This document shows, one piece after another, positions 56,376-64,000 of a DNA stretch of 64,000 bases. The DNA lies in assembly GCA_964473925.1 (NCBI GenBank), contig CAYYVW010000001.1:162155-226154 (forward strand), in the 5' to 3' direction. Within the stretch, counting starts at the first letter, position 1. Every line of letters starts with the position of its first letter. The position numbers and the translations under genes are program-made. The DNA comes from an uncultured Verrucomicrobiaceae bacterium. Its GTDB lineage: Bacteria > Verrucomicrobiota > Verrucomicrobiia > Methylacidiphilales > CAYYVW01. The notes beneath the pieces are model-generated. The model saw nothing but the letters and a program-made list of their open reading frames with translations. It did not search any database and was not told where the DNA came from.

Positions 56376-56511
56376 GTCATCCCGAACGGAGCGAACGTAA
56401 GTGAGCGCAGCTTGAGGGATCTGGCTTCTGCAGGGTTGCGTTCGTGAAGCGGACCGCGACAACCACCTTGCAACTTCACCAACCCAGATCCCTCGACAAG
56501 CTCGGGATGAC
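56376..56511. repeat. Nested-inverted-repeat intergenic element, copy 3 (a 13-nt right-end fragment TCGCTCAGGATGAC lies at 56544..56556)
   Basis: GTCATCCCGAacGGAGCGA...GAGGGATCTGG ... CACCAACCCAGATCCCTCGACAAGCTCGGGATGAC. The 35-nt right arm is nearly identical to copy 1. Confidence 0.8.
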
Positions 56512-56582
56512 GTGCTTCTGGGAATGAAAAGGAAGAAACGCATCGCTCAGGATGACGAGGGCGTGGAAGTTAAAAAAATACC

Positions 56583-57959
56583 CTACCGCGGCACCACTTC
56601 CTGCCCGTGGGCGGTGTCTTTGACCTGCCAGCCGAGAGCGAGGATCTGATCGCGGAGGGCATCGCTCTGGGCGAAGTCCTTGGCAGCACGCGCAGCGGCG
56701 CGGGCATCGACGAGCGCCTGCACATCCGCGGGGATGCCGTCGGGCGGATTTCCGAGACCCAGGATAGAATCGACCGCCCGCCAGACCGCGAGCAGTCCTT
56801 CCGGCGGGTCGCCCGCATCCAGCGCGCGATTGGTCGTGCGGATAAAATCAAAGAAGTAGCCGAGCGCCGCGGAGATGTTGAGATCATCTGCCAGCGCCAT
56901 ATCAAACTCTTCAAGGAACGCGTTGCAAAACGCATCGGGCACTTCCCCCTCCACGGCTACTGGCCGGACGCGCCGGACCCATTCGTCAATGCGGCCGACG
57001 GTGGCGCGCGCATCGTGAAGCCCCGCTTGCGTGAAGTTGAGTTGCTGGCGGTAGTGGACATGCAACAGCGCGTAGCGGATATCCCGCCCCGCATAGCCGA
57101 GCTCGATCAGATCTCGGACCGTGTAGAGATTGCCCAGCGACTTCGACATTTTCTGCCCTTCGACGAGGAGGTGGGCGCAGTGCGTCCAGTATTTGACGAA
57201 CGGTTTGCCGGTCGCGGCCTCGCTCTGCGCGATCTCATTCTCATGATGAGGGAAGAGGAGGTCGATGCCGCCGCCGTGAATATCGAACGACTCGCCGAGA
57301 TGCTTGATGCTGATCGCCGAGCACTCGATATGCCAGCCAGGACGGCCGGGCCCCCATGGGGAATCCCACTTCACGTCCCCATCCTCCTCCGTCCACGCCT
57401 TCCAAAGAGCAAAGTCAGCCACGGATTCTTTCTGGTACTCATCCTGCAGAACGCGCGCGCCGGGCTGCATCCCTTCCCGATCCAGTCGGCAAAGGCAGCC
57501 GTAGCGAGTGAACGCCGCGATACGATAATACACCGAGCCGTCATCGGAGACGTAGGCCGCGCCGAAAATGAGAAGACGCTCAATCAGCGCGATCATCTCG
57601 GCGATGTGATCGGTTGCGTTGGGCTGCGCCTCGGGCCGCTGAATGGCGAGCGTATCCATGTCCTGGCAAAAAGCATCGGCGTAGTACTTGGTGAACTCAG
57701 AGAGTGGCAGCCCCGCCTCGCGCGCGCCGCGGATTGTCTTGTCATCCACGTCCGTAAATTGCATCACGTGCCGCAGTTGGTAGCCAAAGCGCAGCAGCGT
57801 GCGCCGGAGCAAATCCTGCGCCATGTACGTGCGGAAGTTGCCGATGTGCGCGTAGTTGTAGACCGTCGGACCGCAGCAATACATGCGCAGCGTGGGCTCG
57901 AGCGGCTCGATGGATTCAACCTCGCGGCTGAGGCTGTTGTAAAGATGGAGCGTCCGCAT
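56583..57959 (-). CDS. cysS: Cysteine--tRNA ligase
   Basis: CGPTVYNYAHIGN (HIGH region), GWHIECS, KMSKSLGN. Confidence 0.95.
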   Translation of the reverse strand: MRTLHLYNSLSREVESIEPLEPTLRMYCCGPTVYNYAHIGNFRTYMAQDLLRRTLLRFGYQLRHVMQFTDVDDKTIRGAREAGLPLSEFTKYYADAFCQDMDTLAIQRPEAQPNATDHIAEMIALIERLLIFGAAYVSDDGSVYYRIAAFTRYGCLCRLDREGMQPGARVLQDEYQKESVADFALWKAWTEEDGDVKWDSPWGPGRPGWHIECSAISIKHLGESFDIHGGGIDLLFPHHENEIAQSEAATGKPFVKYWTHCAHLLVEGQKMSKSLGNLYTVRDLIELGYAGRDIRYALLHVHYRQQLNFTQAGLHDARATVGRIDEWVRRVRPVAVEGEVPDAFCNAFLEEFDMALADDLNISAALGYFFDFIRTTNRALDAGDPPEGLLAVWRAVDSILGLGNPPDGIPADVQALVDARAAARAAKDFAQSDALRDQILALGWQVKDTAHGQEVVPR

Positions 57960-57980
57960 GCGGCTAAAACAAAAAAGAAA

Positions 57981-58466
57981 TTACGACGGCAGCGTGACGC
58001 ACGCCACGGCCATCGCGGCGATCCCCTCCCCGCGGCCGGCGAACCCGAGCTTCTCGTTGGTCGTCGCCTTGAGATTAACGCGCGCGGCGTCGATCCCCAG
58101 CGCGGCGGCGATGTTCTGCTGCATGCCCGGAATATGCGGCGCGATCTTGGGCGCTTCGGCGATGAGCGAGGCGTCGACATTTTCAATCACGGCTTTGCGC
58201 TCGGCTGCCAGTCGCGCGATCTCCTCGAGGAAAACGCGGCTGGGCGCGTCCTTCCAGCGCATGTCGGTGTTCGGGAAATGGTGACCGATGTCGCCTGAGC
58301 CGAGCGCACCGAGGACAGCATCCGCGATCGCGTGGATGAGCACATCCGCGTCCGAGTGCCCAAGCAGTCCCAAGCCCTGCGGGTGCGCGAGCTCTACCCC
58401 ACCTAAAACAACTTTGCGACCCGGGACGAGCGGGTGGACGTCATAGCCAATGCCAACGCGATTCAT
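57981..58466 (-). CDS. ispF: 2-C-methyl-D-erythritol 2,4-cyclodiphosphate synthase
   Basis: [31 protein letters not shown]. Start at 58466 (MNRVG) preferred. Confidence 0.9.
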   Translation of the reverse strand: MNRVGIGYDVHPLVPGRKVVLGGVELAHPQGLGLLGHSDADVLIHAIADAVLGALGSGDIGHHFPNTDMRWKDAPSRVFLEEIARLAAERKAVIENVDASLIAEAPKIAPHIPGMQQNIAAALGIDAARVNLKATTNEKLGFAGRGEGIAAMAVACVTLPS

Positions 58467-58539
58467 GCGTACATCGTACACACAGAACGCCGCCTCCGTC
58501 AAAAGCGACGTGGGCGGATGAAAGAGACGGATTACCCAT

Positions 58540-58956
58540 CTATATCACCATCTGTCGGGCCGATGGGTTAAAAGCAGCAAACGTACGTGGAGGCACCCCT
58601 GCAAAACCAATCCCCGTGCTGCGCGGAGGCCCAAGAACGCTGGGCGCGGTAGCTGCGGCCAATTTTCCAACCAATTCCAACAAAGATTTCTCCCTCAATG
58701 CAATCGTGGAAACGTGATCCAGCATGCTTTCCGCAAACCCAGCCACATGAGCCTTGACCGTTGCAAAGATTGCTCCCTCGGTTTTTTGAGCGTTGCTATT
58801 CCTATCACCCGTAGTGCCTATCAACCCACTCGCTCTTTCGACTTCGCTATCCAAAGCAACAAGACATCCGCCAACCAACTCTGTAAGAACGCCAAGAAAT
58901 CCGGCGTCGTCACCCACCCTGCCGCCACGCTCCAACATTGCTAACCGCACACCCAT
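58540..58956 (-). CDS. Hypothetical protein (weakly supported)
   Basis: ORF track only. No convincing RBS. Its start overlaps, out of frame, the stop of an upstream 50-aa ORF (58941..59093, -). Confidence 0.3.
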   Translation of the reverse strand: MGVRLAMLERGGRVGDDAGFLGVLTELVGGCLVALDSEVERASGLIGTTGDRNSNAQKTEGAIFATVKAHVAGFAESMLDHVSTIALREKSLLELVGKLAAATAPSVLGPPRSTGIGFAGVPPRTFAAFNPSARQMVI

Positions 58957-59139
58957 ATAGTTGCTTGTCGTAAAAAATCAATCATCGGCACGCCTGGGCG
59001 TTTTGAAGCAGAAACCAACCCATCTTCTTGACTGCGAACTACAGTCGTACTTTTATCAGAGGCGCCGCCCGAATAAGTCACTTGATGAATCATGTCCTCC
59101 CCTTGCCGCGCGACAGGCAGAACGTCAACCCAAAGCGCG

Positions 59140-59730
59140 TTAAAAAATAAGCATCCTTTTTTCTTCTAACCCTTTACCCAACTGAAAACAGAATGCACTA
59201 TCTCTCGGCAACGGAGAGCGAAGAATGCTCTCCGGTAACGGCGTTTCAACCAATCCAATGGGATCGCGCAAGGGGAAAGGAAGATTGAGCTCCAATTGAT
59301 TGAGGATGCGTTCCAATTCAGAATCTTTCAACTCTCGCTCTCCCTCACACCCTCGAATTAAGCTTTTGGCATAGGCAAGCCCTGCATCCAGTAGTTGGAA
59401 TCCCAAGTTCGTATCCCCGCCGGTGGTCATTTCGGCAATCTGATCCCGTGTCTTTTGAACTTCTTCCGGCGTCGCAAGCGCGCACGCTCCGAGGAACCCC
59501 GCCAAATGATAGATCTTCGCATTTTCATCCCATTTTTCATGCTTCAAAGCTCGAACCAACATTTCATGCCGATGCAGTAAGAGAGGCTCTTCCGTTTCTC
59601 TTTCAACAGGCCCTAGCCCGCCCCAATATTCACAACCAAGCCGATGTGTTTCCGGATCGCGAAAAACGGCGATACCCACCGACTCTCCTTCTTCTGTGTC
59701 AAAGTATGAAACTCGGTCGACGGCGGCCAT
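59140..59730 (-). CDS. Hypothetical cytoplasmic protein
   Basis: ORF track (59140..59796, TTG start). I prefer the ATG at 59730, which is preceded by GGAG 5 nt upstream. No family recognised. Confidence 0.45.
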   Translation of the reverse strand: MAAVDRVSYFDTEEGESVGIAVFRDPETHRLGCEYWGGLGPVERETEEPLLLHRHEMLVRALKHEKWDENAKIYHLAGFLGACALATPEEVQKTRDQIAEMTTGGDTNLGFQLLDAGLAYAKSLIRGCEGERELKDSELERILNQLELNLPFPLRDPIGLVETPLPESILRSPLPRDSAFCFQLGKGLEEKRMLIF

Positions 59731-59833
59731 AGATGCTCCAGCAAGATAATACCGCAAGCGGCAAGCTGCGTCTGCCACAATTTGTCCCACTTTCAATATT
59801 GGCGAACGGGCGGAGTTAGCGCATCATGCCGAC

Positions 59834-60349
59834 GTGTCGAACGGAAAGATAATCTGCCTGGCGCTTACGGTAACGATGCTGGCAGCTGGCTGCGCACACG
59901 ACCCGACCGAACTCGATCAGAGGGCCAAGATCATGCCGTACCCGCGTCCGTCGAACATTCCAGTCACGCGCTACCACTTTGACGTCAGCCGCGTCCCCGT
60001 GCGCATTCGGATCGAGACGGTCTCGCCCTTTTATTACGACGGCAACGATACGCGCCTCATCTACGCCAAGGTGGTCGATAACGTCGTCCTGCCCAACGGA
60101 CGGCCGCTGATGCCCAAGGGTTCGATGCTCTTTGGCCGGCAGAATAAAGAGACGGGGATCGAGTTTTTAATCACCCGCTATCAACAAGCCGGCTGGGATG
60201 AGTGGACGCTTGCCTCCGGGATTGCCGAGGTCGGCATGCCGGGAAAATATCGAACCGCCTTTTTATCCTCTTTAGCCGTGCCAAAGAGACCCGGCGCAGA
60301 TCGATCCGTGGCTGAAGAATCCAGAACCCATAACAAAATCGCGCGCTGA
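59834..60349 (+). CDS. Lipoprotein, unknown function
   Basis: Lipobox MLAAGC after a hydrophobic h-region. The segment IYAKVVDNVVLPNGRPLMPKGSMLFGR faintly resembles a TrbI/VirB10 barrel strand pattern. GTG start. Confidence 0.5.
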   Translation: MSNGKIICLALTVTMLAAGCAHDPTELDQRAKIMPYPRPSNIPVTRYHFDVSRVPVRIRIETVSPFYYDGNDTRLIYAKVVDNVVLPNGRPLMPKGSMLFGRQNKETGIEFLITRYQQAGWDEWTLASGIAEVGMPGKYRTAFLSSLAVPKRPGADRSVAEESRTHNKIAR

Positions 60350-60373
60350 TCTTTTGATTTTGCCTCCTCCACT

Positions 60374-60910
60374 ATGGCCCCGCCTGATCCAACCTCTGTT
60401 GATAACTTAAGCACGACGCCGGATGCTACCACTGCGGCGCTAGTCCAGGGCGCCGGGCGCGGGGTGCCGCCCCTGCTCATCACTCAAGGACTGCGGCCTG
60501 GACAGGTCTGGACGCGCGCAGGATTTTTCAACCGTCTAGCTGCGAATGGGATCGATCTATGTCTCACACAGGGGATTGTAATGTTATTTCTGCAAACAGC
60601 TGAAGCTCAGATATTTATACCTGTTTTCTTCTTCTATTTTATTGCCTGCGATCACTTTTTTAAGCGCTCCCTGGGCAAAATGTTTGTCGGCCTCCATTAC
60701 TATGATGTCAACGGAAACCCACCCGAATCGGGCAGGCTGCTATTCCGCGGATTTATGCGAGTGCTAGGCCCTTTTGCCATTTTATCTTGGCGCAAAACCT
60801 CCATTCTAGATCTATTCAGCGGACTGCGTGTTTTTAACATCAAAACTATAAAAATAAAAAAGCCCAAGGGTCCAGAACCGAGCCGCCGGCAATTCAGTCC
60901 AGTGCGGTAA
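60374..60910 (+). CDS. RDD-family-like membrane protein
   Basis: RAGFFNRLAANGIDLCL...(TM)...FIACDHFFKRSLGKMFVGLHYYD...FRGFMRVLGPFAIL fits the R...D...D spacing with 2-3 TM segments. The N-terminal ~45 aa are disordered. Confidence 0.55.
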   Translation: MAPPDPTSVDNLSTTPDATTAALVQGAGRGVPPLLITQGLRPGQVWTRAGFFNRLAANGIDLCLTQGIVMLFLQTAEAQIFIPVFFFYFIACDHFFKRSLGKMFVGLHYYDVNGNPPESGRLLFRGFMRVLGPFAILSWRKTSILDLFSGLRVFNIKTIKIKKPKGPEPSRRQFSPVR

Positions 60911-61072
60911 AAAAGCGCGCAAAGGCTTTATGCCAAAAGCAGATGGAGCAGCCCCCTTTCGCTCTAAATTCAAATCGACAAACGGGGCAAAAAGCACCAT
61001 TGTCTGCCCCTTGAAACGAGCGCGAATGCTCGATTTGAACGCTGATCCGCCGTCCTAAAAAAGAACCATCCT

Positions 61073-61948
61073 ATGGCCCCTGTCCGAGCAAAATTGCCCG
61101 ACCCCGAATTCGCGGCCATTCCGGCTCCACGACGGCGCTATCTTTGGGAGCTGGGCGCCGATTTAGAGCGGACCAACTGGTGGCTGTTTGTTACCTGCTC
61201 CCTGCTCCTCGGGTGCACGCTATTACTGGCAGCCGTCGTCGCCATCATCTTTTCTCGGCCGCCGCTGGTCCTCACCGATGACCAAGGCTACGTTAGCTAT
61301 CGCTCGACCGAAGTTTTCCGCCTGGATGAGCTGCGCATCAAAACGTACGTCGAACTCATCATGACTCGGCTCCTGAACATGAATCCGGGCGTGTACGACC
61401 TGGGCCCGATTGCCCTTTTGGCTTCGCCCAAAGTCGTACAAACCTACACGGACCATGCCTACTCGACAGCGCAGGATCGAGTGCGGGTCAACGAGCGGCG
61501 CTATTTTTCCTTCACAGATGTAAAGCGGTTCATTGATAATAAGTTCCCCGATTTGATCGTCCTGGCCGTCCGCGGTGAAATGGCCTACTTCCGCGAGGGA
61601 GAAAACGAGCCCGCCCCCGGCGCTCCTTCCAATCTTACGAGCTTGGCCTCTATTCGTGCGCAAAGCCAAACCGTCACCTACCTCATGTATTTGGAGCAGC
61701 GGAGGCCCACCCCTCCCAACCCGTGGGGCCTGATGACAGTCGGCCTTGCCCAGCAACAGGGAGACGAGGCGAAGGCGATCTGGGATGCTGCGATACCCTT
61801 GTATTCGACCGTTTTGCCAGACGGCACGGTCATTTCGGCGATCAATCAACAAGATATGCAGGCGCGAACACAGCAGGATATCAGCCGAAAAAAATCGGGT
61901 GTGTCGCCGACTTCAACACCAAACCCGGCTAAGCCAACCGCTCAATGA
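61073..61948 (+). CDS. VirB8/TrbF-like bitopic inner-membrane protein
   Basis: Short cytoplasmic N-terminus, one TM (WWLFVTCSLLLGCTLLLAAVVAIIF), then PPLVLTDDQGYVSY...IKTYVELIMTRLLNMN... and a C-proximal PPNPWGLMTV (the NP-x-G motif of VirB8-type NTF2-like domains). Confidence 0.6.
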   Translation: MAPVRAKLPDPEFAAIPAPRRRYLWELGADLERTNWWLFVTCSLLLGCTLLLAAVVAIIFSRPPLVLTDDQGYVSYRSTEVFRLDELRIKTYVELIMTRLLNMNPGVYDLGPIALLASPKVVQTYTDHAYSTAQDRVRVNERRYFSFTDVKRFIDNKFPDLIVLAVRGEMAYFREGENEPAPGAPSNLTSLASIRAQSQTVTYLMYLEQRRPTPPNPWGLMTVGLAQQQGDEAKAIWDAAIPLYSTVLPDGTVISAINQQDMQARTQQDISRKKSGVSPTSTPNPAKPTAQ

Positions 61949-62919
61949 AACGGCATTTCCTTCCTGCTTCGTTATTCATGCTGACGCTGATCTGCGTCGC
62001 CGGAAGTATCGTGGCTACGCATGCTCAAGCGCCGCCGCCTCCGCGGTCCAGCGCCTCGCGCGCCCGTGCGGATGCCAGCCGCAGCCAGCAGGATAACAAC
62101 AACCAAGTCGTCGTTGTCGAAGAGCCGCCGCCGCCTGTTGTCATCAACGGCAAGCGCGCGGAAGAGCTTTCGGAAGACGAGATGATCGAATTTCTCCAAT
62201 CCAAAATCCAGGAGATCGATCAAGAAGAAGGCCAAGTCAAGCTGCTTAAAATAGCACCTGGTTACCCGCTCTCGCTTTTCTTTTCTGAAACGGTGCAGGA
62301 TACGATTTTAGGCGATCCCGAGCTCATCAAAATAAGCCCCACCAACCGCGGGCTTGTTTTAACGGCTGGTGCGCGTGGTGGGGATACCCCGATGACGCTC
62401 GTATTTTCGGGCGGACGGCGCCTTTTCTACCACATCTTCATCGCGCAAAACTTCAGCAATAGCATGACGTCCCTCAAGGTGAACTTCATCAAAACCGGTC
62501 CTTCCGCGGGCAGGAGCGGCAAGCTCATTATGCGCGAAGGCAATTTGGATGTCGCGTACATCGCCAACGTCATTTTCAACTACGATGCGCTCAAAAATGA
62601 GAAGGCGCTCGATGCCCAAGCAATTAAGCGCTTCCCGGTTTTCCGCGTTTCGAACGTCACACCGTTCACCTACTACGACCTTTTCCGTTTTAGCGACGGC
62701 ACGATCGCCCTTACCTTTTCTCTCCGCAATGAAACGGGCCGGCCCGTTCGCGTGAATGAATCCAAGCTGCGCTTTACTCTGGGCAATCTCGAATTTATCC
62801 CCGATTACGCTTCGATCGACAAGTTGCGCCTCCAACCGGGTGAAGCGACCAAGGGCTTCGTGGTGATCATTAAGCCCCCCTTCTCGACCGAACAAAAATT
62901 TGAACTCAATTGGCGGTAG
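61945..62919 (+). CDS. VirB9/TrbG/CagX-like periplasmic/outer-membrane core protein
   Basis: Signal peptide (LFMLTLICVAGSIVATHA). LKIAPGYPLSLFFSETVQDTILGDPELIKISPTNRGLVLTAGARGGDTPMTLVFSGGRRLFYHIFI follows the VirB9 N-domain pattern. ATGA overlap with the preceding gene. Confidence 0.6.
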   Translation: MKRHFLPASLFMLTLICVAGSIVATHAQAPPPPRSSASRARADASRSQQDNNNQVVVVEEPPPPVVINGKRAEELSEDEMIEFLQSKIQEIDQEEGQVKLLKIAPGYPLSLFFSETVQDTILGDPELIKISPTNRGLVLTAGARGGDTPMTLVFSGGRRLFYHIFIAQNFSNSMTSLKVNFIKTGPSAGRSGKLIMREGNLDVAYIANVIFNYDALKNEKALDAQAIKRFPVFRVSNVTPFTYYDLFRFSDGTIALTFSLRNETGRPVRVNESKLRFTLGNLEFIPDYASIDKLRLQPGEATKGFVVIIKPPFSTEQKFELNWR

Positions 62920-62952
62920 GCAAAAGCCCTTAGCAATCCGCTCACGCGCGTC

Positions 62953-64000
62953 ATGTCTTTGACCTGGAAATCAATTCTACTCATCGCCCTGGGGATACTC
63001 GCGGCATGTGCTATTTTGATTTTTGTTTACGTTTACGTCACTAAGCCAGATCCCACGCGCGATATTCGCGAAGACGTGGCACGGCGCAAATCGGGCGTGC
63101 CTTCCACCTCGCAAGCGCTGGGGCAACAAGTGCCGCTCCCCGGCGAAGCGCAACCAGAACAACCCCAGGTGATCCGCGTTGACACACCCGGAGGAGCTAT
63201 TCCTTCCGAAGGAACGTCCACCAACACGCCCTCGCCACTGCCTTTCGAGCCGGGGCCCTTCCCCGCGCCATCTTCCACAACCACAATCTCAGACTTTCCT
63301 TCCATCGTCCCGACTCAAACTACGGCACCTCCGGCTTCTACAGCCGGTGGTGCGACGAGCAGTTCAACCAATCAAGCTCCTCCGCTCACCGCGCCTGGCG
63401 CGGCGACAACCGCTCAACCGCGTTCGCCGGTTTTACCGTTCCCTCAAGATGCCGGATCGGTAACGGCCGCACCCGTTCCCGGAGCGTTGGTCATCCAGAC
63501 CACACCAATTGCCCAAGGCCCCACCAACACCGACCCCCAAAGAAGAGCGGGCGGCACCAACACCAAGATTCAGCGCACACAAATTAAGGACCGCTTTCTT
63601 TTCAATAACACGCGAGATGAAATTTTAGGTAGCAGCCCGGTCATCAGCAACAATCAGCAAGCAGGCGGAGCGGCCTCGCTCAATCTGGAAAAATTTGCAC
63701 CAATCGGAGAGGATATCAGCGTCGTCCTCATGGACAACGTTGCCAGCAACAACTTTGAGGTGAGCGCCGTTGCTGCCGTTTGGTTTGATTTTTACTTCCA
63801 AGGCAATCTACTGCTGCACACCGGCACCAAGCTGCTGGGCACAGCTTCAGCGGGCAAGACGCGCGACCGGGTCCTTATCACCTTTGACCGCATCGTTTTT
63901 ACCGATGGAAAATCGATGGGGATCAGCGCCATTGCCTTAAATCAAGACGGCACTGTTGGTGTCCCAGGCTTTTTGATCGGCAATATTCTCCTATCGCGGC
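62953..64000 (+). CDS. VirB10/TrbI-like protein, 3'-truncated by the window end (not in ORF track)
   Basis: I translated the frame from the ATG at 62953 to the window end without meeting a stop. It has a TM (ILLIALGILAACAILIFVYVYV), then a ~200-aa Pro/Thr/Ser-rich linker, then EDISVVLMDNVASNN...AVWFDFYFQGNLLLHTGTKLLGTASAGKTRDRVLITFDRIVFTDGKSMGISAIALNQDGTVGVPGF, which is a TrbI-type signature. Confidence 0.7.
   Translation, partial: MSLTWKSILLIALGILAACAILIFVYVYVTKPDPTRDIREDVARRKSGVPSTSQALGQQVPLPGEAQPEQPQVIRVDTPGGAIPSEGTSTNTPSPLPFEPGPFPAPSSTTTISDFPSIVPTQTTAPPASTAGGATSSSTNQAPPLTAPGAATTAQPRSPVLPFPQDAGSVTAAPVPGALVIQTTPIAQGPTNTDPQRRAGGTNTKIQRTQIKDRFLFNNTRDEILGSSPVISNNQQAGGAASLNLEKFAPIGEDISVVLMDNVASNNFEVSAVAAVWFDFYFQGNLLLHTGTKLLGTASAGKTRDRVLITFDRIVFTDGKSMGISAIALNQDGTVGVPGFLIGNILLSR

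Noticed and set aside
56607-58298. 563-aa + strand ORF
   Set aside because: It is antisense to cysS and ispF, both of which are unambiguous. It has the same GC-rich antisense-frame composition.
1-64000. CRISPR arrays, rRNA genes, retron/DGR-like features, riboswitch-like leaders
   Set aside because: I saw no regularly spaced short direct repeats, no rRNA-like sequence and no reverse-transcriptase ORF. The intergenic regions longer than 150 nt are accounted for by promoters, the MITE-like repeats or tRNAs. Small ncRNAs cannot be excluded without covariance-model searches.

Overview
This is a 64-kb chromosomal window from a moderately GC-rich diderm bacterium (lpxA and a fused lpxC-fabZ are present). 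The lineage cannot be fixed without a database search. The many gene fusions, Pro-rich membrane proteins and GTCATCC...GGATGAC intergenic repeats suggest a soil PVC/Verrucomicrobia-like genome, but this is inference only.

(1) Positions 1..6311 hold the right-hand part of an integrative element. It sits against the 3' end of a minus-strand tRNA-Ser(CGA). It carries a tyrosine integrase, a tightly coupled operon (SpoVG-like, HUH rolling-circle Rep, Zn-ribbon, HTH), and an XRE repressor with twin 18-bp palindromic operators. Behind those operators lies an AT-rich cargo: a small PD-(D/E)xK-type nuclease-fold protein, a VOC/glyoxalase protein and a 391-aa polytopic membrane protein of unknown family.

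(2) Positions 6.4..58.5 kb are mostly housekeeping genes:
- tRNA-Lys and a LysM-amidase;
- nuoB-C-D-(E/F fusion)-G;
- recJ-secDF-yajC-tgt;
- a double NDK-like protein;
- two aminotransferases, three tandem LivK-type lipoprotein binding proteins and livHMGF;
- lpxA, lpxC-fabZ, ymdB-like, xseA;
- scpAB, trpS, alr, tsaBE, thiL, rpe, an M42 peptidase;
- tRNA-Asp, rpsT, holB, tmk, cdd, cysS, ispF.

Three copies of a roughly 100-135 bp nested-inverted-repeat (MITE/REP-like) element lie in intergenic gaps.

(3) Positions 58.5..64 kb are an accessory-looking region. It ends in a diverged VirB8-like / VirB9-like / VirB10(TrbI)-like gene triplet. The last of these genes runs off the window, which is why it is absent from the ORF track.

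The best candidates for something undescribed are the T4SS-core-like cluster and the XRE-controlled nuclease/membrane cargo of the integrative element. No CRISPR array or rRNA was seen.
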